Source: an uncultured Nitrososphaerales archaeon
Lineage (GTDB): Archaea; Thermoproteota; Nitrososphaeria; Nitrososphaerales; Nitrososphaeraceae
NCBI GenBank assembly: GCA_963695855.1
Contig: CAVOHZ010000010.1
Span: 1,376,001-1,440,000 of the forward strand
DNA: 64,000 nucleotides
Direction: 5' to 3'
Shown piece after piece: positions 62,935-64,000 of the stretch (position 1 is its first letter; each line of letters starts with the position of its first letter). Below the pieces are notes generated by a model. That model had not been told where the DNA came from and did not search any database. It worked only from the letters and a program-made list of their open reading frames with translations. The translations under genes were made by a program, and so were the position numbers.

Positions 62935-63971
62935 TAGATCGTTTGCGTAATTAGATAAAATCTATTATATATCTTGATGATGCCTTATATTGCTATCATC
63001 TTCTGTTGTGTATTATTCGATAATTTACTAAACCAGAAACAATATCTGACATTGTATCGTATCTTTTCAATCTGTTTCTGTATTTGTTTCCCATAATACT
63101 AAATTTCTTTATTCTACATATAGTATGTTCTACTATTACTCTCTGTCTACGATGTCTTTTGTTGTACATTTTCTCTTTTTCTGTAAGGTCAATATTACGT
63201 TTCTTCTTTACAGGTAATACTGCTTTGATATCTGGAAAATCTTTTTCTACTCCAATATAACCAAGATCAAAATAGTTTTTTACATCTTTTGGTGTTGTCG
63301 GATGAACATCTTTGTATACTGTATAGTCATGCTCTCTTCCTTCTTCATGGTTTGATTTATGTAATATTTCTCCTTTTTTGTTTACCATATACTGTGTCTT
63401 TACAGTATGTTTTTTCTTTTTTCCAGAATAGTACTCTTTTCTTCTTGTTTTGTCTGTAGGTACTGGAATTTCCTGTTCTGTTGAATCTATAAATGCTTTA
63501 AATCCTGGAAAATACAGTTCTACTTCATCTACTGTTCTTAATCTTCTTGTTACGTTGTATATTTTTTGAGGTAGTGGAATACAACTTTTTACTATAGGTT
63601 CCATATATCTTACATCTCTATGTACATTGCTCTGATCCAGATCAAACAAAAATCCTGTTAATGCATTGGTTATGTATAGTTTATAGTACACAAGAAGCAT
63701 AACAAATCTATCTCTTGTTGTATGTTTGAAATGTCTTCCAGCTCCTAAATTTCTTTTTCTCTTTCTTTTTGATAGACGTTTTATCTCATATTTTGGATAT
63801 TTTGATTCTACTTGCTTACAAATAGAATCAAACTCAGATAATTCCAATCCTGTAAAGGATCTAAACAATAACGGTTTTTTAGATAAACTATCATAATTGA
63901 GCAAATTTATGAGAAATTAGTATAGAAATGAGGAATATAGCTGTAAGCTTTCTAATTATGCAATAGATCTA
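62935..63971 (-). mobile_element. IS5-family (ISL2-type) insertion sequence
   Basis: 21-bp imperfect TIRs TAGATCGTTTGCGTAATTAGA / TCTAATTATGCAATAGATCTA. Confidence 0.82.
62996..63904 (-). CDS. IS5/ISL2-type DDE transposase, apparently intact
   Basis: FRSFTGL, IDSTEQ, YSGKKKKHTVK, DLGYIG, RVIVEHTI. Confidence 0.9.
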   Translation of the reverse strand: MLNYDSLSKKPLLFRSFTGLELSEFDSICKQVESKYPKYEIKRLSKRKRKRNLGAGRHFKHTTRDRFVMLLVYYKLYITNALTGFLFDLDQSNVHRDVRYMEPIVKSCIPLPQKIYNVTRRLRTVDEVELYFPGFKAFIDSTEQEIPVPTDKTRRKEYYSGKKKKHTVKTQYMVNKKGEILHKSNHEEGREHDYTVYKDVHPTTPKDVKNYFDLGYIGVEKDFPDIKAVLPVKKKRNIDLTEKEKMYNKRHRRQRVIVEHTICRIKKFSIMGNKYRNRLKRYDTMSDIVSGLVNYRIIHNRR

Positions 63972-64000
63972 GTATAGAATTAAAATCAATCAAAAATCAC

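Overview
AT-rich accessory region. The host is probably an ammonia-oxidising archaeon of the Nitrososphaeraceae (Nitrosocosmicus-like); this is inferred from the TatA tail, the HTH family, archaeal-type IS6/IS630 elements and Asn-rich inserts, and is not proven. No rRNA, complete tRNA or CRISPR array was found. Contents: (i) mobile DNA: two near-identical IS481 copies plus a stump, IS630 and IS6 relics, IS6-type MITEs, one intact IS5/ISL2-type element and a possible orphan IS110-type non-coding end; (ii) many oxidoreductases and hydrolases, including a ycaC-amidohydrolase-MFS-dioxygenase-esterase operon; (iii) a visibly GC-rich, bacterial-looking CoA-dependent catabolic block at about 44.5-60.8 kb; (iv) many pseudogenes and fused gene fragments. 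The best candidates for undescribed biology are a dispersed family of about 90-bp palindromic TGTGACA/TGTCACA units that bracket cargo genes, a membrane protein carrying two exact AmoC/PmoC-type D-x3-H-x12-H motifs, a cupredoxin plus class III cyclase pair, the transposase-less IS110-like end, and a recurring tRNA T-arm-like motif. All identities and GC statements are by eye.
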